From Vicugna vicugna (Eukaryota), in contig MU058824.1 of the NCBI GenBank assembly GCA_013265495.1, positions 2,197,111 to 2,261,110 of the forward strand: a stretch of 64,000 nucleotides of DNA. Reading direction: 5' to 3'. Below are positions 63,710 through 64,000 of this stretch, piece after piece (the first letter of the stretch is position 1; each line of letters starts with the position of its first letter). A program made the translations under genes and the position numbers. The notes under the pieces are model-generated. The model had not been told where the DNA came from and searched no databases. It was given only the letters and a program-made list of their open reading frames with translations.

Positions 63710-64000
63710 TTTATTAAAATCCCATACTAGAACTAAATATAAACTTTACCTATGATCCAGAAATTCTACTTTTGAATATAAACCAAAGAGAAATGTAGTT
63801 CACCAAAAGAAAAGCGTATTCATAGCAGCATTATTCATAATATTCCTAAACTGGAGATGTCTAGAGCCTATAAACAAATTATAATATATTCACACAATGG
63901 AATATTTCTCAGCAATAACAAAGCACAAAGAACTGGTATATGCAACATGAATGAATCTCGAAAATACTATGCTGAGCAAAAGAAGCCAGACACAAAAGAA
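63710..64000 (+). mobile_element. Old L1M fragment running off the window
   Basis: tacctatgatccagaaattctac...ttcatagcagcattattcataat...atgaatctcgaaaatactatgctgagcaaaagaagccagacac. Confidence 0.75.

Noticed and set aside
1..64000. CRISPR arrays, operons, rRNA or other prokaryotic/viral systems
   Set aside because: The sequence is clearly mammalian; no spaced direct-repeat array, rRNA, NUMT or ERV internal coding region was recognised.

Overview
Mammalian, repeat-dense, intronic/intergenic DNA. It is most likely camelid, because five near-complete copies and one tiny remnant of a tRNA-derived Vic-1-type SINE are present. No intact protein-coding gene was recognised. Main contents: (1) a disabled CSNK2A2 (CK2 alpha-prime) processed pseudogene at 1-2584, cut by the window start, whose 3' part appears to run through an unused splice donor; (2) a CpG-island promoter at about 13390-13875 with a perfect CRE, probably firing leftward into an unidentified gene; (3) a full-length RPS29 retropseudogene on the minus strand inside a MIR, which the ORF track misses; (4) a near-perfect 262-bp tandem duplication; (5) many L1, L2, MIR, L3, MaLR/ERVL LTR and hAT fragments. 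The most striking structure is a 3.06-kb insertion at 57806-60861 bounded by a perfect 18-bp target-site duplication (TSD). It comprises an L1 5'UTR and ORF1 but no sense ORF2, followed by a chimeric tail of inverted L1 pieces and an ancient L1MC-type 3' end that supplies the polyA signal. This looks like a half-L1 (HAL1)-like ORF1-only retroelement or a 3'-transduction product. Repeat family names come from recognition of consensus features, not a database search, and old-repeat boundaries are approximate.
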